A stretch of 64,000 nt of DNA. It comes from Bacilli bacterium. Lineage in GTDB: Bacteria > Bacillota_I > Bacilli_A > RF39 > UBA660. Under the pieces are notes generated by a model. The model was not told the DNA's origin. It was given only the letters and a program-made list of their open reading frames with translations, and did not search any database. This document shows positions 46,189 to 56,554 of this stretch, one piece after another. The stretch lies in assembly GCA_017511805.1 (NCBI GenBank), contig JAFWJA010000021.1, forward strand, positions 65,956-129,955, read 5' to 3'. Position 1 is the stretch's first letter; each line of letters starts with the position of its first letter. The position numbers and the translations under genes were made by a program.

Positions 46189-48570
46189 ATGAAAAAATTA
46201 TTTTCAGTTTTAATAATTTTTGCTTTGTTATTTAATATGTTCTTTCCTAGTACCATAGTACTTGCGGATAGTATTAATTCTAGTGAAGCAATAGAAGGAA
46301 CTTATCAATATTCTTCTGATGAGGGAAGTAATATTCAAAGTCAAAATAGTTTTATATATAGAGATGATTGTTTTATTAGATCATCCTTTTTAGGTTGTAA
46401 GCATTTAGAAATATTATCAATGCAGGTAGCTAGCGCATCAGTTAGTTATTATGGACCTAATATAGATAAATATGAAATAGATTCAACAGTTAGTTCTCAT
46501 AATTTAGTTAAAATGTTACAAGACATGAAGTTTAATAATGTTTCAATAAATAAGTATTATACGACTGAAAAACATGAGAATTCTATGGGAGTAGCGGTTG
46601 CTCAAAAAGAAATAATTCAATCTGGTGAAAAATATACTCTTTTAGCAATAGTTCCAAGAAGTGCTGGTTATAAAGAGGAATGGGCTGGTAATTTTACTGT
46701 TGGTGATATGGATATACATGATGGATTTAAACAAGCTAGAGATGAAATATTAAGATTTGTAAAAAAATATATTAATGAAAATAATATAGAAGGAAGTTTG
46801 AAAGTTTGGATTCCTGGTTGGAGTAGAGGAGCAGCTGTTGCTAATATGCTTGGTGGTTTCTTCGCTGGTGGTGGAATTGAATACTTTGGTGATAATGTAT
46901 CTATTAATCCAGAAGATATTTATTGTTATTCAATGGGTACTCCAAGTACAGTTAAAAATGGTTTAGATAAAAATGTAGAACTTAGTGTAAGTGGTAAACG
47001 TAGTAATCCAGAGTATATAGATGACACTGAAGGAGAATCTTATTCTTATACAAAAGGTGGAACAGTAGATGTAACTGATCCAATATATAATGGTATTAGA
47101 AGTATCATTGATCCAGATGATTTCTTTCCATTATTACCTCCAGAAGATTGGGGTTTTACTCACTATGGAATAGTAATAGATCCTAATGATGGTTTAGATT
47201 ATGGATCATTCTTAAATGAACTAAATAGTATTAGTCCATATGTATATAGTATTTATACTGGTATTGGTGATTTAAAAGCATTACCTAAAAAGACATTTGA
47301 TTTAAAAACATTATCTACAGTTGATACTGGTGAAACAATCGCTATAGTTGATCTTTTAAAACAAAGAATAGCGGGTATGGTTAATGAAGTTAAAACTAAT
47401 AAAGAATATAAAAATAATGGCTATGAAGAAGCTTTAACAGCGTTTGCTGGTGTATTTGGAATGGGACTAGTATTCTTATTTGATAGTTCAGAATCAGGAC
47501 TAGATTCTAATTCCGCAATTAGTGCACTTGCTTATAGTTATCTTGCTTATGTATCAGAACTTCTTCAAGAAGAAGGAAAAGCAGATAATGAAAATAGCGC
47601 AATTACTTTAGCTTTAGAAGATGTATTAACTTATTTCACAGGAGAAGAAATAGATGATTCTACTTTTACTGTGGATAGTTTCTTAGAATTATTTGCTAAA
47701 TATATTTCAGAAAATGAAAATGAACCAGTTGCGGATGCGGTTATTAATGGAATAATGAATATTGTTCCGGAAGAAAATAAAATATTCTTATCTGCTTTTA
47801 AATCATTTTATCCAACTGATGATCCAGATTCAATTACAATAGAAGATGGGTTAAAGGCATTTATTAAGGCATGTTACTATGGACCAGATCCAAATAGTAG
47901 TGTAGTAAATTATTATGAAAATGCTGAAAAAGTTAGAAGCTTATTATGTATTACTATGATTATGTTTCTTCAGTCGGATGATCCAGAGATTCAAGAAATG
48001 TTCACAGATGATGAAGGTAATATAACTGGTAAAGCTGCTAAATTTAGTGATGCTATTAGAAAAATTATGGATAGAATTAAAACAGTTAAAGATGATGAAG
48101 GTAATGTAATAAAAACATATAATGATATGAGTGAATTAGCTGATGATAAATTAATTGAAATGCTTGAAAATAATAAAGTAAATATGCTTACAAAGAGTGA
48201 AGAATTATATGGAGTAGATTATAAAAATGAATTAAGTAGACAAATAGATAAATTAGAGAATAATATAACTAATTTTAGAAAGATTATTTCTTCTTTATTC
48301 TTTTATTCAGAAAATGGTTATAGTACTAAAACAATTCTTGAAAATTGTATGAGTTTAGTAGGTAATGCAAGTGCTATTCCATTAATGCATTATAATGAAA
48401 TATATGTAGCTAAAGCAAGAACTTCGAATAGATATGAAAACCATGTTGATGAATCTGATATTATTAATCCAGCAACTGAAGATGGAGTTAAATCCTATAT
48501 CTTATTATTTTCATTAAGTATAATAGGTATTCTTATAATAAGAATAATAAAAATAAAAAAACTAACATAA
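46189..48570 (+). CDS. Secreted alpha/beta-hydrolase (lipase/esterase-like, GxSxG) with C-terminal membrane anchor
   Basis: Signal peptide MKKLFSVLIIFALLF. Nucleophile elbow GWSRGAAVAN. C-terminal hydrophobic tail SYILLFSLSIIGILII followed by KIKK. Confidence 0.4.
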   Translation: MKKLFSVLIIFALLFNMFFPSTIVLADSINSSEAIEGTYQYSSDEGSNIQSQNSFIYRDDCFIRSSFLGCKHLEILSMQVASASVSYYGPNIDKYEIDSTVSSHNLVKMLQDMKFNNVSINKYYTTEKHENSMGVAVAQKEIIQSGEKYTLLAIVPRSAGYKEEWAGNFTVGDMDIHDGFKQARDEILRFVKKYINENNIEGSLKVWIPGWSRGAAVANMLGGFFAGGGIEYFGDNVSINPEDIYCYSMGTPSTVKNGLDKNVELSVSGKRSNPEYIDDTEGESYSYTKGGTVDVTDPIYNGIRSIIDPDDFFPLLPPEDWGFTHYGIVIDPNDGLDYGSFLNELNSISPYVYSIYTGIGDLKALPKKTFDLKTLSTVDTGETIAIVDLLKQRIAGMVNEVKTNKEYKNNGYEEALTAFAGVFGMGLVFLFDSSESGLDSNSAISALAYSYLAYVSELLQEEGKADNENSAITLALEDVLTYFTGEEIDDSTFTVDSFLELFAKYISENENEPVADAVINGIMNIVPEENKIFLSAFKSFYPTDDPDSITIEDGLKAFIKACYYGPDPNSSVVNYYENAEKVRSLLCITMIMFLQSDDPEIQEMFTDDEGNITGKAAKFSDAIRKIMDRIKTVKDDEGNVIKTYNDMSELADDKLIEMLENNKVNMLTKSEELYGVDYKNELSRQIDKLENNITNFRKIISSLFFYSENGYSTKTILENCMSLVGNASAIPLMHYNEIYVAKARTSNRYENHVDESDIINPATEDGVKSYILLFSLSIIGILIIRIIKIKKLT

Positions 48571-48583
48571 GTTAGTTTTTTTA
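48555..48583. terminator. Bidirectional intrinsic terminator overlapping both convergent stop codons
   Basis: Stem aaaaaactaac-ataa-gttagtttttt. Confidence 0.75.
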
Positions 48584-49042
48584 TTGATTATGTTCTATAA
48601 ACTTAGTAAAGTTTTCTTGTTGATAAGGAATAGATTTTTCATTAATCTTTCCAAATAGCAAGTAATTTTTACCATCGTTTGTTTTAATAGATATTCTTTT
48701 TGTTTTAGAATTAAATAATGCATAGTTTTTAATAGTAATACTAGTTATATCTTCTTTTGGTATAAATATTATATCTCTTTCTTTATCTATTTCCATTTTG
48801 TTAATAGATTGAGTTAAGACTATACCACCTTGTTTTAAAGGAATCATAGCTAAACCTTTATTAGTTTCATTAACTATTAATCCTTCATAAGGGTATTCCA
48901 TACCACTAACCATACCACTAGACTTTTGCATATCTTTATAAACTATAAATATATTATTCTCATCATAATAATAATTACTTGTCTTGAATAGTTCAATTAC
49001 TTTTTCTAATGTATCAAATTCATTCATATTATTATCCTCCAA
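48581..49042 (-). CDS. Hypothetical 153-aa protein
   Basis: Open frame with RBS; no motif recognised. Confidence 0.4.
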   Translation of the reverse strand: MEDNNMNEFDTLEKVIELFKTSNYYYDENNIFIVYKDMQKSSGMVSGMEYPYEGLIVNETNKGLAMIPLKQGGIVLTQSINKMEIDKERDIIFIPKEDITSITIKNYALFNSKTKRISIKTNDGKNYLLFGKINEKSIPYQQENFTKFIEHNQ

Positions 49043-49105
49043 AAAATATTATATCATTCTTATATGCCTCAATATACTATTTTAATTAATTATTACAATT
49101 TCTTT

Positions 49106-49150
49106 ACTAAAAAAAGAATTATTATTTTCTTAATAATAATTCTTCTTTTT
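49106..49150 (-). terminator. Intrinsic terminator (12-bp stem) overlapping the stop of the 49122 gene
   Basis: Stem agaattattatt-ttctt-aataataattct with T-runs on both sides. Confidence 0.7.
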
Positions 49151-50432
49151 TAAATTCAATACCCCAATCAATTTTATAATCAGGAACTAATTTATTTTTG
49201 AATGGCATTACTCTAGGTATTAAGAATACTGCTTCACATGGCTCCATTTTCTTTAGTTCTTCAACACTAATTAATGGTTTCTTTTCTGATTCATTTCCAC
49301 ATAATTCAGATATTTTATCTAGTGTTTTTAGATCACTACTATATAGATATACTATATTAGCAATACATAGTCTTATAATTGCTAATTTTTCTCTTCCATA
49401 TGCGTTTTCTAGATTAACTATACCTTGAATTAAGAATGTGAATATTATACCTATACTTCTTGAATAATTAATTATTTCAGTAAAGTTTTTAATAGGATAT
49501 AAACTATCAAATTCATCAATTATAATATTTACCTTTTTATTCTTTTCTCCATATATATTAATAGCTTCAAATGCTTGATTTATAAATAAAGATACTAAAT
49601 TACTACTATAATCATTATAACCAGTTTTAATAAAGATAGCAGTCTTCTTATTAGAAATAGAACTCATATCAAAATCAGTCTTACTCATCATATTAGATAA
49701 GTTTTCTCTACTAACATATCTTTTAAGTTTTTGATTAAATACTGAAACTATACCTCCTCTTGTTTCTCTAGGTGATGTTAAAGTTCCAGATACACTATAG
49801 AATACTGGTGTATCTTTTCCAATTTCTTTTAAGAATTCTTCACAGCCCTTATCATCTAATAATTTATTAGCTAAATCAAATACATTTTTTAGAGTTACTT
49901 CTTCTTTATTCTTTTCTAGTAAATATAATGATAATCCAGTAAAGTAATCACTAGCAGAGTTAGTCCAGAATGGATCACTTTCATGACTAGTAGAACTAAA
50001 TAAATAGTATCCTAAATCTTCTAATATAGTTACACATTTATCTATATTCTTTTCATCATATAATCTTTTAGCTAAACTTAGTGGATTATAGTAATTACCA
50101 TATTTAGTTTCATCAAAATCAATTACTATTACATTGTAACCTCTATTACTAAACTCATTAGCAGTTTGTTCATATATTTCACTTTTAGTATCATTAATAA
50201 TAATAGATTCACCTGCTAGCATTGATAATTTAGTTAATGGTAATACTATAGTTTGTGTTTTACCAGAACCAGTAGCGCCAATTATCATTGAATGGTCATT
50301 ACCTTTAGTTGTATATACTGTATCTTTATCATAGATAACTGGTATACCTGATTTTTCAACCCCTTCTTTATATTTAATTTCTTGTAGTCTTTCTTTTAAG
50401 TCTGTTTCTTTTTCCCAACTAGAATAAATCAT
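49122..50432 (-). CDS. Soluble VirD4/TraG/TraD-like (type IV coupling protein family) P-loop ATPase lacking N-terminal TM helices
   Basis: HSMIIGATGSGKTQTIVLP (Walker A in the T4CP context), NIIIDEFDSL (Walker B) and RSIGIIFTFLIQGIVNLENAYG (resembles the T4CP RS.G.....QS..QL..YG motif). Confidence 0.5.
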   Translation of the reverse strand: MIYSSWEKETDLKERLQEIKYKEGVEKSGIPVIYDKDTVYTTKGNDHSMIIGATGSGKTQTIVLPLTKLSMLAGESIIINDTKSEIYEQTANEFSNRGYNVIVIDFDETKYGNYYNPLSLAKRLYDEKNIDKCVTILEDLGYYLFSSTSHESDPFWTNSASDYFTGLSLYLLEKNKEEVTLKNVFDLANKLLDDKGCEEFLKEIGKDTPVFYSVSGTLTSPRETRGGIVSVFNQKLKRYVSRENLSNMMSKTDFDMSSISNKKTAIFIKTGYNDYSSNLVSLFINQAFEAINIYGEKNKKVNIIIDEFDSLYPIKNFTEIINYSRSIGIIFTFLIQGIVNLENAYGREKLAIIRLCIANIVYLYSSDLKTLDKISELCGNESEKKPLISVEELKKMEPCEAVFLIPRVMPFKNKLVPDYKIDWGIEFKKEELLLRK

Positions 50433-50515
50433 ATTATTCCTCCTTTCAACCTAATCATAAATCTAATTCTATAGTAAAACTTAAACAATAGTGGTATAAT
50501 ATAGTTGGTGGTTAA

Positions 50516-50983
50516 ATGTATTCAAATAGTTTAGTATGTGACATTTTAGAATATATTGATATATATCTTCATACAAAAATAAGTATTGAAGATCTTGAAC
50601 GTGCTTTTTTTTATAACAGATATTATATAATGAAGTTATTTAAAAAAGAGATTGGTGTTACTATATTTGAATATATTAATAAACTTAGAATTAAGAATTC
50701 AATTGATGAAATAAATAGTACTGATAATTTAATGATTAATGTCGCAATTAATAATGGATTCTATTCTCTTGAATACTTTTCTGAAATCTTTAAAAAAGAA
50801 GTAAGTATATCTCCTAAAAGATATCAGACACTAATTAATAATAAGTTTTTGTCTTATGACAAGTTATATAAGATTACTAATAACGTTATTAATATAAATA
50901 AACTTATTGAATATACTAATCAGTATAAAAGGAGAAGAAAACCAGTAGTTAATCCTGTTAAGTCTTTATCTATATTTAATTAA
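50516..50983 (+). CDS. AraC-family HTH domain protein (DNA-binding domain only)
   Basis: ISIEDLERAFFYNRYYIMKLFKKEIGVTIFEYINKLRI...GFYSLEYFSEIFKKEVSISPKRYQ is a typical AraC-type double HTH. Confidence 0.7.
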   Translation: MYSNSLVCDILEYIDIYLHTKISIEDLERAFFYNRYYIMKLFKKEIGVTIFEYINKLRIKNSIDEINSTDNLMINVAINNGFYSLEYFSEIFKKEVSISPKRYQTLINNKFLSYDKLYKITNNVININKLIEYTNQYKRRRKPVVNPVKSLSIFN

Positions 50984-50994
50984 AAGAAATAACA

Positions 50995-51480
50995 TTAGTT
51001 AGTTCTTTTATTTTCCATTACTAAAATTGTTTCAGGATTGCCTATAGTATCAGTACCATCATATTCATCTATTATATTAAAACCAGCTTTTAAACTACAT
51101 TTAACTGATCTAATATTTCTTTTAAAAGGTCTTGCTATAATAGAATCTGCATCATAATCAGAATAAATCTTATTTATAATAAATACTTCTATTTTTGTTC
51201 CTAGTCCTTTTGATAGTAGTTCTTCTTCACCTATAAATAGATCAAATTCATAGATTTTTGGTTTATACTCATATATTTGTACAAAACCTATATCTCTATT
51301 ATTATATTGAATAATAAACATATCTTGATTACCTATTTTGTTTTTATATTTATTTCTTATTTCATCAAATGATAAAACTCTTTGTTCAAACCATTCATTT
51401 ACATGTTTTTTTGAACACCATTCATGCATTTTTTTATATTCAGATTCTTCATCTTTAAATTTTCTTAATGTAATAGCCAT
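50995..51480 (-). CDS. GNAT-family N-acetyltransferase (AAC(6')/Acetyltransf_8-like)
   Basis: Motif A-like LSKGLGTKI and NIRSVKCSLKAGF. Confidence 0.55.
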   Translation of the reverse strand: MAITLRKFKDEESEYKKMHEWCSKKHVNEWFEQRVLSFDEIRNKYKNKIGNQDMFIIQYNNRDIGFVQIYEYKPKIYEFDLFIGEEELLSKGLGTKIEVFIINKIYSDYDADSIIARPFKRNIRSVKCSLKAGFNIIDEYDGTDTIGNPETILVMENKRTN

Positions 51481-51675
51481 AATATCACCAAGTTAATTAT
51501 AACATATTCCTTGTAGGAATATAACATATCACTATTATGCAATTCACAATATAGCAAAACTGGCATATAATTTTTTTTAAAGAGGAGGTGTTAACTCATC
51601 TGGTTTAAGAATTAAACGAAAGAACATTAGATTTTAAAATTAAAATAATATGGTATAATTAATTCAGGTGATAAT

Positions 51676-52572
51676 ATGATTAAGAATAATATTAATTTAA
51701 ACTTATATAAGGTATTTTATGATGTATCAAAGTATGGTAGTTTTTCTAAAACAGCAGAATTTACTTATACAACACAATCTGCGATTAGTAAATCTATAAA
51801 GAAACTAGAAGAAGAGTTAGAAACTCAGTTATTTTATAGAAATTCTAATGGTATAGAGTTAACTGAAAGAGGAAGAGAATTACTATTTTATGTAGAAAAG
51901 TCTTATGGTAATTTATTAACAGCAGAAAGACTTATGTTAGAGTCTGAAAATCTAGAAAGAGGTACTTTAAATATAGGATTACCTTCACATATCGCATCAT
52001 TTTTCTTTTTTGATAAGATAATAGATTTTCATAATAAATATCCAAATATAGAAATAACTCTTATGAGTGCATCTACTAAACAGTTATTAGAGGCATTAGA
52101 TCTACATAAATTAGATTTTATTATAGATACATCTCCAGTTAATACTAATAATATGGATTTAAAGTTTATTAAGTTATCAACAGTAAAATATACATTTATA
52201 TGTAAGAAATCTTGTTATAACAAATATAAACATATTAAATCTATAAAAGATTTAGAGGATGTACCACTAGTATTACCAATACCAGGTACTAGTAATAGAA
52301 GAGCTCTTAATGAATTATTTATAAAAAATGAAGTAGAACCTAAAAAGGTAATGAATATACATACTAGTGAAGTTATACTTAATGCGGTTAATAATGATTT
52401 AGGTGTTGGATATGTAATATCTAAGTTAATTGAAAATGAAGATAATTACAAGATTATAGATGTTAAAGAATCTTTACCAACTACAGATATAATACTTGCT
52501 TATAATAAGAAATTCTTAACAAATGCACCTACTAAATTTATTGAAGATTTTATAAATTATGATATTAAATAG
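51676..52572 (+). CDS. LysR-family transcriptional regulator
   Basis: N-terminal HTH LYKVFYDVSKYGSFSKTAEFTYTTQSAISKSIKKLEEEL plus a substrate-binding domain. Extended -10 TGGTATAAT upstream. Confidence 0.85.
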   Translation: MIKNNINLNLYKVFYDVSKYGSFSKTAEFTYTTQSAISKSIKKLEEELETQLFYRNSNGIELTERGRELLFYVEKSYGNLLTAERLMLESENLERGTLNIGLPSHIASFFFFDKIIDFHNKYPNIEITLMSASTKQLLEALDLHKLDFIIDTSPVNTNNMDLKFIKLSTVKYTFICKKSCYNKYKHIKSIKDLEDVPLVLPIPGTSNRRALNELFIKNEVEPKKVMNIHTSEVILNAVNNDLGVGYVISKLIENEDNYKIIDVKESLPTTDIILAYNKKFLTNAPTKFIEDFINYDIK

Positions 52573-52673
52573 ATATTCCTGAATGGAATACCAAATATGC
52601 GTATTATTCGCTTTTCACTATATTATTTTTGTTTTATAATTAAATCATAAGCTATAAGAAGGAGTGCAGATTT

Positions 52674-53093
52674 ATGAAAGATTTAAAGAAGATGGAAGTA
52701 GTAGCAGCAGTTATTGTTAAAGATGGGAATATACTTGCTACTCAAAGAGGATATGGTGAGTTCAAAGGGAAATGGGAGTTTCCTGGTGGACAAATAGAAG
52801 ATGGAGAGTTTCAAGAAGAAGCATTAATTAGAGAGATAAAAGAAGAGTTAAATGCTGATATTAATGTTATTGACTTTTTAACAACTATTAGATGTGATTA
52901 CCCAGATTATCATTTAATTATGCATACTTATATTTGTACTTTAAAAAATAATATAGAATTTGTTTTCCACAATGAAAATGAGTTAGAACACGATAATATG
53001 ATATGGTTAGAAAAGGATGATCTAGATCATTTAGATTGGTTACCTGCTGATATAACAGCGGTTAATGCATATAAGAGACTAAGAAGAATTTAA
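52674..53093 (+). CDS. Nudix hydrolase (MutT-like)
   Basis: Nudix box GKWEFPGGQIEDGEFQEEALIREIKEEL. Confidence 0.8.
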   Translation: MKDLKKMEVVAAVIVKDGNILATQRGYGEFKGKWEFPGGQIEDGEFQEEALIREIKEELNADINVIDFLTTIRCDYPDYHLIMHTYICTLKNNIEFVFHNENELEHDNMIWLEKDDLDHLDWLPADITAVNAYKRLRRI

Positions 53094-53107
53094 CACAGGA
53101 GGTTTAT

Positions 53108-53680
53108 ATGGACGAATTCAATATTAGTGAAGAATTCTTAGGGGGAAAAAGAGAAGGAACTATTAGTGCTCATGAAGCTGCAATGCTTACTGCTATTTCA
53201 TGGTCATTAATGAGTAAAGATCCATCTACTCAAGTAGGAGCGTGCATTACTAATACTTCTAATAGAGTACTTACTACTGGTTATAATGGAACACCTATTG
53301 GTTGGAGTGATGATGAATTTCCTTGGGCTTATAAAGAGGGTGTTGAAAACTCTAAATATACATATGTAGTACATGCTGAAGAAAATGCAATTGCTAATTA
53401 TAAAGGTTCTGTTGAACACTTTAAAGATGCTACTATATATGTCACTTTATTTCCTTGTAGTAATTGTTCTAAAAAGATAATTCAATCTGGTATTAAAAGA
53501 GTTGTATATTTATTTGATGATAGAAAAGATACTAAGGATAATATTGCAGCAAAATATATGCTTAATAAAGCTGGAGTAGAGTTTATTAGTTTTGAAGAAT
53601 TAAGAAAGATAGATGAAGTAGATATATCATTTGATTCTATGCCTAATGAATATGTTAAAAAACTAGTTAGAAAATTATAA
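53108..53680 (+). CDS. dCMP deaminase / ComEB-type cytidine-deoxycytidylate deaminase
   Basis: Zinc motifs HAEENAI and PCSNCSKKI. Confidence 0.8.
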   Translation: MDEFNISEEFLGGKREGTISAHEAAMLTAISWSLMSKDPSTQVGACITNTSNRVLTTGYNGTPIGWSDDEFPWAYKEGVENSKYTYVVHAEENAIANYKGSVEHFKDATIYVTLFPCSNCSKKIIQSGIKRVVYLFDDRKDTKDNIAAKYMLNKAGVEFISFEELRKIDEVDISFDSMPNEYVKKLVRKL

Positions 53681-53681
53681 A

Positions 53682-53712
53682 AAAGAGTTACATTTTGTAA
53701 CTCTTTTATTTA
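53682..53712. terminator. Bidirectional intrinsic terminator
   Basis: Stem aaagagttac-atttt-gtaactcttt. Confidence 0.75.
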
Positions 53713-55148
53713 TATTTCTTTTCAAAATATTCAATTATAGGTCTTGTTTCTAAATCTTTACCACATACTCTTTTAGCTACTTCAAATATATTATAAGTAC
53801 CAGCATATTTATGTATGTTTTCATTTAAGAACTTAGTTATTTCATTTATTTTACCTGTCTTTAATAGTTCATCTACCTTACCTATCTTTTCATATAGCAT
53901 TCCATCAAATATAGTTCCTAATAGGTAATCTGGAAAGTATCCAAATGAAGCATCTGACCAGTGAGTATCTTGAAGTATTCCTTCTTTATCTTCTTTAACA
54001 GTAACTCCTAAATAGTCATAATACTTTTTATTCCAAATACTAGGTAATTCATCTAGATTAGTAATATTACCATTAAATATATCTCTTTCTATTTCATATC
54101 TTATTATTATATGAAGACAGTAAGTTAATTCATCTGCGTATATTCTTACTAATGATGGTTTAGCATCATTTAAATAGTCCATATATTCATCAAGAGATAT
54201 ATTTAAATGAGCCATTTTCTTAATATCATCATATATTGGTATCCAGAAATTCTTATTTCTTCCTAGTATATTTTCATAGAATCTAGATTGACTTTCATGT
54301 AGTGCAAGTAAATTATTATCACAAATATTTAATTCACTAAATTCATCAGCTTGTCTTTGTTCAAATATACCATGTCCACCTTCATGAATAATAGTAGTAA
54401 CTAAATCAATTACATCTTTAGCATCATACGCAATTCTTACATCATCTTTTGATATAGTACTAGTATATCCATGAGTATAATTACCTAGAGCTCCTCTATT
54501 ATTATCAAAACCTATATAATTAAGAACATATCTAGCTATTTTAAATTCAGTTTCTTTATCTAGTTTTTCTAATTTATCTAATTTCTTTGGTTTTAAATCT
54601 TTAATTATGGGTATAATACCAGTTTTTAATTCTTCAAATAATCTATCTACATCTTCAGATTTAATACCTTTTTCATAATCACTAAGCATCGCATCATATA
54701 AAACATCATAATCTGGTTTTTTATATTTATAGTATTCCTTAGTCATTTCAATATTCTTTTCTAGATATGGTTTAAATATTGAATAATCACTTTTTTCTTT
54801 AGATTCAGCCCATTTTACTTTTGCAGTACTTCTTTGTTTAACTAAATCTCTATAAAAATCTTTAGGTATTCTTTTATCTTCTTCATATTCTTCTTTTAAA
54901 TTAATATAGTATCTTTGTTTATGTTCTTCTAATTTATTAAATTCATCTGAATTAATTGCGTTATTTAATAATTCTATATATTTATCTGATGTTCTCATAT
55001 CATTAATCTCAGATGATATTTTAGTAATCATATCTATATATAAATCAATAGATTTTTCTGGTGCGATAGTATCTACTTCCCAGTTTAAAATACTATTTAT
55101 AGTTCTCTTTTCATTTATTTCGTTTAAATATTTTATTAGTTCTTCCAT
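53706..55148 (-). CDS. M32 carboxypeptidase (Taq-like) family metallopeptidase
   Basis: HEGGHGIFEQ zinc motif (M32 HEGGHA) and a downstream HESQSRFYE. Confidence 0.7.
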   Translation of the reverse strand: MEELIKYLNEINEKRTINSILNWEVDTIAPEKSIDLYIDMITKISSEINDMRTSDKYIELLNNAINSDEFNKLEEHKQRYYINLKEEYEEDKRIPKDFYRDLVKQRSTAKVKWAESKEKSDYSIFKPYLEKNIEMTKEYYKYKKPDYDVLYDAMLSDYEKGIKSEDVDRLFEELKTGIIPIIKDLKPKKLDKLEKLDKETEFKIARYVLNYIGFDNNRGALGNYTHGYTSTISKDDVRIAYDAKDVIDLVTTIIHEGGHGIFEQRQADEFSELNICDNNLLALHESQSRFYENILGRNKNFWIPIYDDIKKMAHLNISLDEYMDYLNDAKPSLVRIYADELTYCLHIIIRYEIERDIFNGNITNLDELPSIWNKKYYDYLGVTVKEDKEGILQDTHWSDASFGYFPDYLLGTIFDGMLYEKIGKVDELLKTGKINEITKFLNENIHKYAGTYNIFEVAKRVCGKDLETRPIIEYFEKKYK

Positions 55149-55665
55149 TTTTCTTTTCCTTTCTATTTTTAATATATGCGATTATAGTAGTAGTTATTGT
55201 TATTACTTCAAATATAATTGCAAAGTATGATCCTACAACAATTGCGTATATAAACCAACAGGTTGCTCCTACTATACCAATTAATCTTATAAAGTTTTCA
55301 TCATCTTTAGTAAATGATAATAGTGATAAAACAGATGCTATTATTGGGAATATAGAATATATATTTTCATATGTTAAAAGAGATATTACTACTAGTATAG
55401 GAATAAGTATAAATACTAATAGATTCTTTTTTTTAGGTATATAGTAATCAAATATATAGATTAGTATTAATGATATGAGTCCTAATATATTACACATAGT
55501 TCCAGTTCTAGCCATAAGCATTGAATAGTGAACAGTAAATAATATATATGCTAGTATCTGAATAGCAAGTATACTTTTTTTAGTCTTTTTAAAATAACTA
55601 AGTGCGATTACTAAATACGCTAAAGCACCTATTCCTTGAGTTATTATTTCATGCATAATTATCAC
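55111..55665 (-). CDS. Small polytopic membrane protein (YgjV-like?)
   Basis: Five or six hydrophobic helices in 184 aa. Overlaps the M32 gene start by 38 nt. Confidence 0.4.
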   Translation of the reverse strand: MIIMHEIITQGIGALAYLVIALSYFKKTKKSILAIQILAYILFTVHYSMLMARTGTMCNILGLISLILIYIFDYYIPKKKNLLVFILIPILVVISLLTYENIYSIFPIIASVLSLLSFTKDDENFIRLIGIVGATCWFIYAIVVGSYFAIIFEVITITTTIIAYIKNRKEKKNGRTNKIFKRNK

Positions 55666-55740
55666 CTAAAAACATTATATCATAATTGACAAAATATAAG
55701 TTATGGAATATACTATAAAACTAGTTCGATAGGAGATATT

Positions 55741-56502
55741 ATGACTCATAGATATTATTTTTTAAATGGTAAAAAAGGAACAGGGAAAACATTATTTTTA
55801 CCTGAAAATGAAGAAGTAAGAAGAGATTTTACTGATATATCAAATATAGATCTTATTACTATGAATTTAAAAGGAGAACAAAAACGTGAATTTATTGGTA
55901 AATATAATCCAGATGAAGAATTAAATGGATTATATTATGTTGCGTCTTATCCACATGGTATATATAAGAAAGAAGATAATACTTATGTTTATCCAGCATT
56001 CTTTGATATATCTAATGAAAAAACTATATATTATTTAGAAAAATTAAAAGAATATGCTGAAGAAAGAAAATGGAAGGCAGAACATGGTGAATCTATTAGA
56101 TTAGATGATACACCATCTTTTGAAAAATTTCGTGAAGATTTAATGTATAAAGTATTTGATATAAATGATACTAGAATAACTCATCCAGATTCATTAGTAG
56201 CATTAAAATTAAAAGATGAAATAAAAAAAAGATATTTAGAACATTCTGATATGGATACAACTCAATTTATAAAATCTAGATCAGAAATAATAAAAAATAT
56301 TTTAAGTAATTATACTCAATTAAGATTATTTATAATGGAATATATGTGTTTAAAAAGTGGAGAATATAATTATAAATTAAGAAATTCTATGAATAATATA
56401 GCTAGTTGGAAACATGAAAAAATGACTCCCGCTACTAAAGATATGAAGAAAAAAGAAATTTATAAACAATTAGTTCTATCTGATTTTATAGATTTAAAAT
56501 AG
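55741..56502 (+). CDS. Hypothetical 253-aa protein
   Basis: Open frame with no motif recognised. Confidence 0.4.
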   Translation: MTHRYYFLNGKKGTGKTLFLPENEEVRRDFTDISNIDLITMNLKGEQKREFIGKYNPDEELNGLYYVASYPHGIYKKEDNTYVYPAFFDISNEKTIYYLEKLKEYAEERKWKAEHGESIRLDDTPSFEKFREDLMYKVFDINDTRITHPDSLVALKLKDEIKKRYLEHSDMDTTQFIKSRSEIIKNILSNYTQLRLFIMEYMCLKSGEYNYKLRNSMNNIASWKHEKMTPATKDMKKKEIYKQLVLSDFIDLK

Positions 56503-56554
56503 TAGTTTAAACCACTATTTTTTTATGTTATAATTGTAATATAGGAGGATGTGT

